A stretch of DNA of 64,000 bases from the IMG/VR virus record IMGVR_UViG_3300031087_000015, positions 1-64,000 of that record, one strand, 5' to 3'. Each line of letters starts with the position of its first letter. Position 1 is the first letter of the stretch. Made by a program: the position numbers and the translations under genes. This stretch comes from a virus. The notes under the pieces were generated by a model that saw nothing but the letters and a program-made list of their open reading frames with translations, was not told the origin of the DNA and searched no databases. Shown here in pieces: positions 48,419-56,682 of this stretch.

Positions 48419-48838
48419 TTAATTTACAGTAACAACTTTTGCCACTTTATTACCGGTGGTAGCAATTGCTGCTGTAATCGCGTTGATGACGTCCTGGTTA
48501 CAGTTCTCGACGTAGAACGCCATGGTGTTATTATCGATAACGGTGATCGAGGCTGGGATAATGTACGGTAAGCCTACGAAGTCTACCGATCCATTGGCCA
48601 GTCTAACCTTTAACCAGTTGTAGTCATCGGCACTAGCTGGGGTACCAGCAGGCAGTGTACCGTAAACATTGGCGTGAATAGCGTACGGATCAAATCCCGC
48701 TTGTTTAACCGAGTCTGCATCAACGATACCCAGGATTTTGCAACCGCTGTAATCTGTGCGGATGATGTTCTGGGTTTGTTGGTACAGAGAGAAGTTCACG
48801 GTGTCGCGGATATTTGCTTTGCCTAACACATCCATCAT
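48419..48838 (-). CDS. Conserved small protein (phiKZ gp49-like, SH3-like beta fold)
   Basis: 139 aa, GGAG SD, immediately upstream of the DNA polymerase gene. Confidence 0.65.
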   Translation of the reverse strand: MMDVLGKANIRDTVNFSLYQQTQNIIRTDYSGCKILGIVDADSVKQAGFDPYAIHANVYGTLPAGTPASADDYNWLKVRLANGSVDFVGLPYIIPASITVIDNNTMAFYVENCNQDVINAITAAIATTGNKVAKVVTVN

Positions 48839-49136
48839 TAATCTCCAAAATTAAGAAATAGTCATAAGGATTCGTCGAATCCCCGTGCAAATGGATATTG
48901 GCAAATGGCATTGTTAACTTAAGGAGGAATTCATTCAGGATGGATTCCAATGTGTCCATGATGAACTCATCGAAAATATCGCAACCCTCTGACTCATCCG
49001 AGTTCAACAGTTCCTTGCATGCTCTCGCAATGTAACCAATGGCTAAGTGTGGGTCGGGTGGCTCTTCCGAATAAACACGTTGGAGTGTCAACGGAATTAA
49101 GTCATCAAGTCTCTGATTTCCAAAAATGAATAACAT
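48720..49136 (-). CDS. Hypothetical protein, small-gene array
   Basis: 138 aa; tail overlaps the next gene. Confidence 0.55.
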   Translation of the reverse strand: MLFIFGNQRLDDLIPLTLQRVYSEEPPDPHLAIGYIARACKELLNSDESEGCDIFDEFIMDTLESILNEFLLKLTMPFANIHLHGDSTNPYDYFLILEINDGCVRQSKYPRHRELLSVPTNPEHHPHRLQRLQNPGYR

Positions 49137-49142
49137 GGATAT

Positions 49143-49556
49143 TTACCCCAATCGGATAAACAGCATCTGGTCCTTATACACATAACCGATAATTGGGCGC
49201 TGCACATTAGCCCGCATGTACGCCGTTCTTACGTTAATGTCAATCTGGGTCGTAAGCTGTATTAACAGTTCCTCGAAAAGCATCCGGTCATCTTGACTAC
49301 CAGCATAGCTCTGGTTGACGTAGTGGCAAGGTGCTCCGCAAGGACGTCGTTCTTGTTGCGCCGTATACGCATTGATTGCGTACTCAACGAGTTCTTCGGC
49401 GCTGTACATTATTTGTACAAATCCGATGTTCCTGTTCAACGCGATCGTGTGCACATTCTCGAGACCAACAATCATAAACTCAGGTTGGCTATTCTCTTGA
49501 ATGGTGGCCAGGGTCTCTGGTAGACCCCGGTAACTATACCCACCACTATAATTCAT
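49143..49556 (-). CDS. Hypothetical protein, small-gene array
   Basis: 137 aa, GGAGG SD, ATGA overlap. Confidence 0.65.
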   Translation of the reverse strand: MNYSGGYSYRGLPETLATIQENSQPEFMIVGLENVHTIALNRNIGFVQIMYSAEELVEYAINAYTAQQERRPCGAPCHYVNQSYAGSQDDRMLFEELLIQLTTQIDINVRTAYMRANVQRPIIGYVYKDQMLFIRLG

Positions 49557-50038
49557 ATCAATGCCTCCACCACTGACAAGAACAGATACAAGTCGGTACC
49601 GACTATCTGTACTCTATCAGCACGTATTAGTTCATATCTACGTGGATCAATCGTTTTTGTTAACACACCATGCAGTACATCGGCAAGGTAACTCATGTTA
49701 GTTACTAACCCGGCGAACAAACCATCGTGGTCTTGTCCGGGAGCGAACTCTGAACGGTCGTCAGCCTCTAACCACTGACGAACCCGGTTCTCTATGACAC
49801 CTGTGCCGCATCCATACATACGATCAAGGGCCATTGCTAAACATGCGTGTGCTAATGACAATTCATCCAACTCATAGTTGTTTGCAACTGTTCGGAAAAG
49901 ATCACTATTGCCACCCATTTCAAACACACACAGAAGGGGCGTAGTAGTGCGTCTCCCCAGTCCGTCATGGTGTGGATACAATAGGCTTTCCTCTGAATTC
50001 CCGTGCATAATCGTAGCCTCGTATATAAACGTCGTCAC
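49553..50038 (-). CDS. Hypothetical protein, small-gene array (start uncertain)
   Basis: 161 aa ORF. Confidence 0.6.
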   Translation of the reverse strand: MTTFIYEATIMHGNSEESLLYPHHDGLGRRTTTPLLCVFEMGGNSDLFRTVANNYELDELSLAHACLAMALDRMYGCGTGVIENRVRQWLEADDRSEFAPGQDHDGLFAGLVTNMSYLADVLHGVLTKTIDPRRYELIRADRVQIVGTDLYLFLSVVEALI

Positions 50039-50384
50039 CTTCGAACCATACTTCTTCTACGCAGGCAAACGACGACTCATTAGGTAGGGTTACGTACCTA
50101 GAGAGCCAGGCTACGTACATATTAAATTGGCTTTGTATAAATTCAGATACTTGTTTTACGTTCACTTCCTTAGGGCGACTGTAATCCGATTCGAGTATCT
50201 CGGTAGCATTACACTCTATTATTTCAAGCCACTGGTCTCGCGTTTCTTCATACTTGATGGAGTAAAATCCATCGAACGCAAAGTGGATGATTTGCTCAAA
50301 ACTGAAGTACCGGGCAAGTTCGTCAAAATGCGGACCTGAACCCAGAAACCTCAAACTATAGATCATTAAAAATCCTGGGTTCAT
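49965..50384 (-). CDS. Hypothetical protein, small-gene array
   Basis: 139 aa with GGAG SD. Confidence 0.65.
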   Translation of the reverse strand: MNPGFLMIYSLRFLGSGPHFDELARYFSFEQIIHFAFDGFYSIKYEETRDQWLEIIECNATEILESDYSRPKEVNVKQVSEFIQSQFNMYVAWLSRYVTLPNESSFACVEEVWFEGDDVYIRGYDYAREFRGKPIVSTP

Positions 50385-50387
50385 TTG

Positions 50388-50750
50388 CTACTCCACAAAG
50401 ACCATTACAGTCTTGTCTGGCATCACCAATATTTCGACTACTCGTTCGTTTCCATTGGGACTCATAACACCCTGGCAGACAGGCCAACAGTTATTGGATA
50501 TCTGCAACACCATCCCGTATAAATGTTGGACCATACGGTTAGTGAGTTCTTCAACAACAAAAGGTCGAAACGAATTACGTAGCATAGTTGATATATCGAC
50601 GATTTCCTCGCCGCGTATCCTGGCGCTATTAAGTAATACCGCCAACTCTACAAATTCCTCAACGTAGCTATCGGGGAACTCAGTATTTAAGAGCTGGCAA
50701 GTGTGGTCGATACAGCTGGTCAAGTCTAAACAGTAAGCTTTCTTGTGCAC
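50388..50750 (-). CDS. Hypothetical protein, small-gene array
   Basis: Start moved to GTG 50750 (AGGA SD) to reduce overlap. Confidence 0.6.
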   Translation of the reverse strand: MHKKAYCLDLTSCIDHTCQLLNTEFPDSYVEEFVELAVLLNSARIRGEEIVDISTMLRNSFRPFVVEELTNRMVQHLYGMVLQISNNCWPVCQGVMSPNGNERVVEILVMPDKTVMVFVE

Positions 50751-51186
50751 TGAGTATATCCTTGATGTAAGTCCGGTCGTAACGCAAGATAACGCTTTCA
50801 CCGAAGAAGCTAATGGAACTGATTGTCCAACCGCCGTCATACACAAAACTACCCAAAATGCGAGAATACTGATACTCAACGCACTCTACGAGTTCCAGTA
50901 CAATCAATACAAGGTGGTCGCACAATGCAGAAAGAGCTGTCTCGTAAGACGCCCCCATTGAACCTGCCAAATGACAGATAGCATCGTTTTGGTCGCGTGG
51001 TACTCTCATGCGTAGCCAACAACGCAGATCATCTTCTGCATCTGGATACGACTGTGCATGATCCCACATACCGATAGCCAGCGCTATTAACCACCCGTGG
51101 TCAAATCCCACCGGCAAATTAACCTGCTCTAGCTTACTTTCCATCAAGGCAGTGTCTAGCACCACAATAACCGGTTTCTGCTGCAT
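50680..51186 (-). CDS. Hypothetical protein, small-gene array
   Basis: 168 aa with GAGGT SD. Confidence 0.65.
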   Translation of the reverse strand: MQQKPVIVVLDTALMESKLEQVNLPVGFDHGWLIALAIGMWDHAQSYPDAEDDLRCWLRMRVPRDQNDAICHLAGSMGASYETALSALCDHLVLIVLELVECVEYQYSRILGSFVYDGGWTISSISFFGESVILRYDRTYIKDILSAQESLLFRLDQLYRPHLPALKY

Positions 51187-51187
51187 A

Positions 51188-51550
51188 CTACCTCTCGATA
51201 ATTAAAATCGTTGTTTCATTGTCGACAAACTTCCAATAGTAGTCGGTCTGAAAAATGGTTGTATTTGCCACTCTTTCAATCTGCTCTTTTACTCTGGCGC
51301 ATAATTTAGAAAAGAGGTCTTCAACGACCAGAGGCGGTACGCCGAAGACCATCAATTCTTCTTTTACTCGGAGCTGTGCGGTTCCACGAAAAGGTGAGTA
51401 TCCCAATACTTGATTCATCGTTGCTGTCGTGATGACGGCATCAGGTATTGCTATACTTGCTGGTATCCCAGCATTGCCAAGCGTCTTATAAAAGTTATCC
51501 ACTAGAGTTTGAACGTCATAAACAATGGCTCTACGACGATCTAGCTCCAC
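51188..51550 (-). CDS. Hypothetical protein, small-gene array
   Basis: 120 aa, GTG start with GAGGAG SD. Confidence 0.65.
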   Translation of the reverse strand: MELDRRRAIVYDVQTLVDNFYKTLGNAGIPASIAIPDAVITTATMNQVLGYSPFRGTAQLRVKEELMVFGVPPLVVEDLFSKLCARVKEQIERVANTTIFQTDYYWKFVDNETTILIIER

Positions 51551-51553
51551 GGG

Positions 51554-52000
51554 TTACTCCTCTTCAGGCATCTCCGTGCCAGTCAAGCGATACCATTCCA
51601 TCACACGATAATCCATGCCCTTATTAAGCAGAAGATCACCAGCGCATTCTGTTACAGACCAAACAAACCAGGTATAACCGATGTAGTTAACGATAGGTTG
51701 TTTGACGAATACGTAATAGATGTCATCTAACACCGCAGCCCGGAACTCGTCAATCTGCTCACCCTGAAACCAAGGTAAACGATCGACTAAGTAATCTTTG
51801 GCTTGTGTGGAATCGGCAGCCCAGTGCATGAGCGTATTCAGGTAATCGTCGGTAGCCAATGCACCCCATTTCTCGCACTCCTCACGAGTGAGTGGTGTAA
51901 GATGTTTGTATTGGCACCAATGCAACTGCTTAATGTAAAACGTTGCTGTTAGTCGAGTCAAGTCAATCAACAAACTCGACACGTTATTATCATCACCCAC
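51554..52000 (-). CDS. Hypothetical protein, small-gene array
   Basis: 148 aa, GTG start with GAGGA SD. Confidence 0.65.
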   Translation of the reverse strand: MGDDNNVSSLLIDLTRLTATFYIKQLHWCQYKHLTPLTREECEKWGALATDDYLNTLMHWAADSTQAKDYLVDRLPWFQGEQIDEFRAAVLDDIYYVFVKQPIVNYIGYTWFVWSVTECAGDLLLNKGMDYRVMEWYRLTGTEMPEEE

Positions 52001-52073
52001 GACGCTATCCTCAAGTTTAAAATGCTAAAAACCCTCTTACTCATAAATTTGGGGTTAACAGTAAATAAATACC

Positions 52074-52104
52074 GGCATAAAAGCTCCTGAAATTAATCAG
52101 GAGC
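52074..52104 (-). terminator. Terminator
   Basis: GCTCCTGA-aattaa-TCAGGAGC followed on the - strand by TTTTATGCC. Confidence 0.8.
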
Positions 52105-52110
52105 GATTTT

Positions 52111-52605
52111 CTATGCCACCCGGTGGTTATGGTAAGGTACGGGTTCCGCAGCCTTGGAGATCGTTTTATCGTATTCCACGAGCAAAAGGTCAGCAAGCTC
52201 TTGGAATATTTTAATAATCTCACGGGGAGATCCTTTCGCCGCACCAGCACCGATCATTGGTATAGTGAGTACCTGACCGTTAGCTTCAAGACTGTGAGCT
52301 AATGCTGCATCTACAGCTTCGTAGATTCTACCTAGCTGTGCAGATACGTCATAGTGCGAATACGTGTATTGGGTATATAGGTTGTAGCCTATTCCCCATT
52401 CGAAATCACACAGTGAGAATGTGCCTAGCTTATTCTTATCTCCACGTTTTGTGGCCATGTCTGCTTCATACAGAGCAGGTAGTCTTCGCTTAACCTGTTG
52501 TGCAATCCCTAAGCCCATCTTACAAAAACAATTACAACCATGGGCGAAGTTAGTTCGATACTGTTGGGCAACGCTTATCGCATCACCGCGAGTAACGTAG
52601 AGCAT
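52111..52605 (-). CDS. Macrodomain protein (ADP-ribose processing, Poa1p/DarG-like)
   Basis: GDA, HGCNC..MG.GIA, NLYTQY, IPMIGAGAAKG. Confidence 0.85.
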   Translation of the reverse strand: MLYVTRGDAISVAQQYRTNFAHGCNCFCKMGLGIAQQVKRRLPALYEADMATKRGDKNKLGTFSLCDFEWGIGYNLYTQYTYSHYDVSAQLGRIYEAVDAALAHSLEANGQVLTIPMIGAGAAKGSPREIIKIFQELADLLLVEYDKTISKAAEPVPYHNHRVA

Positions 52606-52835
52606 TAACTGAGTCCTATGCCGTTTGCCCTATTACAAACAATGTCGCACTTAGGATCGTATTCCTCACGGGGGAACTGACCATGCCACTCACCTGGGAC
52701 TTGCTCACCGTCCACAATGTTGTCTCGACAACGGGAACATAAGAACGTTCCTGGAGGCAACGCCACTGCATCAGGACTAGCTAAATCCGTGTCGTCTACG
52801 CATCCACAATTATCGCAACAAAATAACATGATCAT
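52605..52835 (-). CDS. Small Cys-rich Zn-finger protein
   Basis: CDNCGCVD...LCSRC...GEWHGQFPR; GGAGGA SD. Confidence 0.7.
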   Translation of the reverse strand: MIMLFCCDNCGCVDDTDLASPDAVALPPGTFLCSRCRDNIVDGEQVPGEWHGQFPREEYDPKCDIVCNRANGIGLS

Positions 52836-52860
52836 ATCCTCCGATTAAGTACGCTGTGTC

Positions 52861-52876
52861 GTAATATAGTACAAAA
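52861..52876 (-). promoter_or_regulatory. Putative early promoter
   Basis: TTTTGTACTATATTAC (exact TATATTAC). Confidence 0.6.
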
Positions 52877-52891
52877 TGAAAAAGGAATATA

Positions 52892-52913
52892 AGAGGGGAC
52901 CGAAGTCCCCTCT
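52892..52913 (-). terminator. Terminator
   Basis: AGAGGGGAC-cgaa-GTCCCCTCT. Confidence 0.75.
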
Positions 52914-52915
52914 AT

Positions 52916-53353
52916 TTAGTCTGCCAACAGTTTTTCAACTTGTTGACCAAAGCCTACGGTGGAGAAGGTCTGACCGTCGAAGTTTACAACACTGTATTCT
53001 GGGCGAACTAACTGCGCAACCAGTTTGGATGCACTGGTATAGTCAACTGGAGTGTAAGCCGTATTTTGCTTGCCTTCCATACAGAACTTCTTAAAGGCGA
53101 TCTCTTGCCCATTGACGACATACGACTTGTAGACGTCTTGTGCAAAATCACAACGTGCTGGTTGGTTTGCTGGGTAATAATAGAAAGCTAAGCCACGGTC
53201 ATTCTTTTCACTGACGACCGTGGTTAGTTCTAATTGTGCGCCAGAATTATCGCTGGTAACGCCGACGGTGCCGGTATCGATTGTTTTCCACTCATTGGCA
53301 TAAGCGGTAGCGGACAGAGACAGAACAACCAGAGCAATCAGTGACTTCTTCAT
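52916..53353 (-). CDS. Secreted/periplasmic protein
   Basis: Sec signal peptide MKKSLIALVVLSLSATAYA; one Cys pair. Confidence 0.75.
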   Translation of the reverse strand: MKKSLIALVVLSLSATAYANEWKTIDTGTVGVTSDNSGAQLELTTVVSEKNDRGLAFYYYPANQPARCDFAQDVYKSYVVNGQEIAFKKFCMEGKQNTAYTPVDYTSASKLVAQLVRPEYSVVNFDGQTFSTVGFGQQVEKLLAD

Positions 53354-53371
53354 TTTACTTCCTTATTAGAG

Positions 53372-53692
53372 TTAATTTAACGCGTCACCCAGACGGGCGC
53401 GCAGTACGTTTATGGAACGTTCAATATCGGGGGCTGTGGCTATATTAAAGCAAATGTTCTTCACGGTAGGGTGTGCAGCTTCATTACCTTTGCGAATAGC
53501 CAAATTCCGTAAGGTTTGTTCGTCTGCATCATTTAGGATAGCCAAACTCATGATGTTGAGTATGTCCCCGATCGTGTTCACTACATCCACTGTTTCATCC
53601 CGGCCCATCCGGGGCTTTTTAGCCCCGGTAGGACTGGCAGTGCGTTTCTTCTTACTGCCCTTCTTCGACATGGCGTTTACCCAACATCTCAT
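53372..53692 (-). CDS. Hypothetical basic protein (start possibly 53671)
   Basis: ORF in operon with a K-rich N-terminus. Confidence 0.6.
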   Translation of the reverse strand: MRCWVNAMSKKGSKKKRTASPTGAKKPRMGRDETVDVVNTIGDILNIMSLAILNDADEQTLRNLAIRKGNEAAHPTVKNICFNIATAPDIERSINVLRARLGDALN

Positions 53693-54281
53693 CGAAAACT
53701 TTGTTCAGTTCCAGATGGCGATTGTCACGGATGCCTTTGTATTTAACCGTGATGGTCATGGCATCAGTACCTTTGGCAACCAGGAACTGTGACGAATACT
53801 GCTCACCCAGCTCAGCGATCTTATCCATCATGTCTGCGAAGTGATACAGATGTGACGGCTCAGCCTGATCAACCAACAGATAGGTCAGCTTGATATCTTT
53901 ACGCAGTGAAGGCATGAAGGTCTTCGACGCATACTCATGTACAATGTTCACACGAGCAAGAACCGCATTACCTTCAAAGTCGGCCACCGTGGAGACCACA
54001 CCTAACACCTGCCACTTAGCGGCGGTGAAGCCGGTGAACGCCTGCTCATTAGGGATCATCAGCAGACGCGGTGTGAAGTTATACATCTGACGCCAGAACT
54101 CAGACAGGTCGAACTCAGGCTTATCGTGCAGAACGGTGTAGCGCTCAACCTTAGCGTGCTCGATCTGAATCAGCGCTTCGCCGCCAGCTGCTTCAACGAT
54201 CTCTACCGCAGTCGCATCTTCCAGCAGAACTTTCAGAGAGATTGGGGTAAGGCTATTCAGAACAACGTCAACTACTTTCAT
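53652..54281 (-). CDS. Hypothetical protein
   Basis: 209 aa with GGGAG SD. Confidence 0.7.
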   Translation of the reverse strand: MKVVDVVLNSLTPISLKVLLEDATAVEIVEAAGGEALIQIEHAKVERYTVLHDKPEFDLSEFWRQMYNFTPRLLMIPNEQAFTGFTAAKWQVLGVVSTVADFEGNAVLARVNIVHEYASKTFMPSLRKDIKLTYLLVDQAEPSHLYHFADMMDKIAELGEQYSSQFLVAKGTDAMTITVKYKGIRDNRHLELNKVFDEMLGKRHVEEGQ

Positions 54282-54778
54282 TTAATGCTCCCTATTTGCC
54301 GGCATTCATCCAGCAGGATATCGAAATTAATGGGTTCGTGGGTTTTAGTAATAGCTGCTGTCTTTGGCGCAAACGAATCCGTACCAAAGACTAGACCGCT
54401 TTTAACATGAACATTGGGGCGGTATGTAAATATCCACCTATCTCCAATGGTAATATATATCCCACGTTTTAATGGAACGTTCCTGGCGCGGTTGGCACCA
54501 AAGCCCAGCTGACCGTCCTGGTACCATACGAGTTCGTCATTATGGCACTCGGCGTATTTACGCAGGCACATCTTAATCAGACCATCGCGTCGCCACTTAT
54601 CGGCGTAGTCACCTAACCCAAACAAAACCACCGAGTTCTTAAAAGCAGCAATAACAACATCACCGTATACGTGGTATTCTCGAGTTAGGGTTACAATGGC
54701 ACCGCTAGATGTTTCCGCCGAAATCTCCCTCAGAGACCCGCACGGTATCATTGACAGGGACACTGAGCTTTTCGCCAT
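54278..54778 (-). CDS. Hypothetical protein
   Basis: 166 aa; start uncertain. Confidence 0.55.
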   Translation of the reverse strand: MAKSSVSLSMIPCGSLREISAETSSGAIVTLTREYHVYGDVVIAAFKNSVVLFGLGDYADKWRRDGLIKMCLRKYAECHNDELVWYQDGQLGFGANRARNVPLKRGIYITIGDRWIFTYRPNVHVKSGLVFGTDSFAPKTAAITKTHEPINFDILLDECRQIGSIK

Positions 54779-55376
54779 TTTCGTCTTTTTCCATTTTGAT
54801 CAACATGTTGTACGCCAGAAATGCGCGGGTCAACATCGCCTCGCGCTGGTAGCCGTTGCCAGGCAAGTAAGCCGTAGCCGCACGGCGGATGTGCTCACAC
54901 AGTGGTGTACCTTCACCCCACCATTTATAGGCTTCGATGCTTGCCTCTAATTCTTCATCAGTGAAGTGGTGTTTGGGGGAGAGCTGCATTACCACACTGA
55001 GATCGTTCAGGTAACCCAGCACACCATGATCGGTATAGAGATGGTCCGGGATATCCATCAGTCCCGTACCAAGACTGATTACTTTCGAATAGGTAAGTGC
55101 TCTCACTACTTCGCTTTTCATCAGGGTGAACTGAAGAACGCTATCGAATTTCAGGACTACAATGTCGCCAATCCAACTGTCCTGAACATCGACGTCGATA
55201 TCGCGATCAACCAAACCCATCGCTGACAGCAACCCGTTAAGGTATTCGCGCACCGGAGTTACACGAATATAACTCTCTGGCAGTTCGTAGCTCAATTCTT
55301 TCGATTCGTTAATGATGCCTTGAACTAACTCAGCCATTTTGCGCTGGATCTTTAAGTAATCTTCGTTGGTTTCCAT
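54705..55376 (-). CDS. Hypothetical protein
   Basis: 223 aa with AAGGA SD. Confidence 0.7.
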   Translation of the reverse strand: METNEDYLKIQRKMAELVQGIINESKELSYELPESYIRVTPVREYLNGLLSAMGLVDRDIDVDVQDSWIGDIVVLKFDSVLQFTLMKSEVVRALTYSKVISLGTGLMDIPDHLYTDHGVLGYLNDLSVVMQLSPKHHFTDEELEASIEAYKWWGEGTPLCEHIRRAATAYLPGNGYQREAMLTRAFLAYNMLIKMEKDENGEKLSVPVNDTVRVSEGDFGGNI

Positions 55377-55399
55377 TTTGGTTCCTTAATTGAGAAAGG

Positions 55400-55508
55400 G
55401 CATAAGGGGTACCCAATTAAGGGTACCCCTAGCGGCAGCGTAAGTAATGGAGGTGAGGGTCAGCGCGTGAGGTCGCTTTACTGCAATTGAGGGATTACAG
55501 TTTTCTCC
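55400..55508 (-). ncRNA. Candidate trans-acting sRNA 'sR55' (antisense to nvRNAP subunit RBSs)
   Basis: Promoter AAAAAATTAC with 20 nt to the G of TATG; two hairpins with CCUCA loops; 18-nt perfect complement of the gp68-like RBS; terminator 55405-55430. Confidence 0.72.
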
Positions 55509-55547
55509 ATATAATACAGGCATTTATGTAATTTTTTACAAACTGGG

Positions 55548-55970
55548 TTAACTGGTAGTTGCTGCTATGCCGGTGCAATGGAGAAATCTCCGCCACAGAC
55601 TGTAGTTGATTTTATCGTGATCCATCAACCAGTTCATGGTAGAGATTAAATCTGAGGTTTCATCCCAGACAACATAGTCTCTCCGCATGCAGAAACCTTC
55701 CTCTAACAGTCCAGCCAGTCTTCGTATTGCGATGAGATCGGTCATATACTCAGGTACGAGCAAACGACGAATCGCTTTTGTAATACGACGTTTTGCGGCG
55801 AGATTCCAAAAGGGTGTGGCACCACGAATCATGCTGAAGGCTTCAGTAAACTCCCCTACACTGATTCGTGTTAAGACCAATTCCGCTTCGTCGTCGCACA
55901 AGCGAGTGTCGGCCATTAAAATCTGATACGTGGCATTGCGAATACCTTGCACCTCTGAGTCACGTAACAT
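55548..55970 (-). CDS. Hypothetical protein
   Basis: 140 aa with AAGGAG SD. Confidence 0.7.
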   Translation of the reverse strand: MLRDSEVQGIRNATYQILMADTRLCDDEAELVLTRISVGEFTEAFSMIRGATPFWNLAAKRRITKAIRRLLVPEYMTDLIAIRRLAGLLEEGFCMRRDYVVWDETSDLISTMNWLMDHDKINYSLWRRFLHCTGIAATTS

Positions 55971-55985
55971 GGCACACTCCTTGTT

Positions 55986-56672
55986 TTATTCGCTAAGGAT
56001 AGCTTCGATTAACTCACGACGTGGTGTAACCACGCGCATAAATAAAGCACCGGGGTCGTCTTCGTCCTGAGCACTGACCGTGTAGCCAATAAACTCATCG
56101 GTTGCTTTGCACACTACCGCATCTTCGATGCCATCGATTTCGAGAAATGCTTCGCTATCGTAAAGCGACTCAACCTGCAACAGTTCAATATGGGACTGTT
56201 GCAAACGCGCCAACAGACCACCTGTTTTATCAACCAGTACCTCAGCGCGTAAAAGTGGTGTCTTACCACCTGCAACAAGTTCGTGATAGATATTGAAGGC
56301 ATCAGACTCGTTCTCTAACCCTATTTCAATATTTAATGTGACCGGTTGGGATGACAACATACTTGAGGTCATCGCGGTATGCGAACTAGGTCTGCTAACG
56401 GTGGCCTGGAATACTAAAGCATACCCATTTTCAAACTCGTTTCTGTAACTAACCCGGTGGATAGGTTGTGCTACACCAAAGGACATCTCTCCCACACACT
56501 CGCCATCCTTAAAGATAGCGGCGTACTCAGGGCGACTTTGGTCCTGAATCACGCGGTAGCCAGATAACGACCCAACGATGGTTTTAACCTGGGTGTCGAT
56601 CTGCGGGGATTCCATAAAACCAGAACTGAAACCAAATGGTCCACCCATAGCTATAGCTGTAATGTCTTGCAT
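55986..56672 (-). CDS. Hypothetical protein
   Basis: Start moved to ATG 56672 (GAGGT SD). Confidence 0.65.
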   Translation of the reverse strand: MQDITAIAMGGPFGFSSGFMESPQIDTQVKTIVGSLSGYRVIQDQSRPEYAAIFKDGECVGEMSFGVAQPIHRVSYRNEFENGYALVFQATVSRPSSHTAMTSSMLSSQPVTLNIEIGLENESDAFNIYHELVAGGKTPLLRAEVLVDKTGGLLARLQQSHIELLQVESLYDSEAFLEIDGIEDAVVCKATDEFIGYTVSAQDEDDPGALFMRVVTPRRELIEAILSE

Positions 56673-56682
56673 TTCTAACCTC

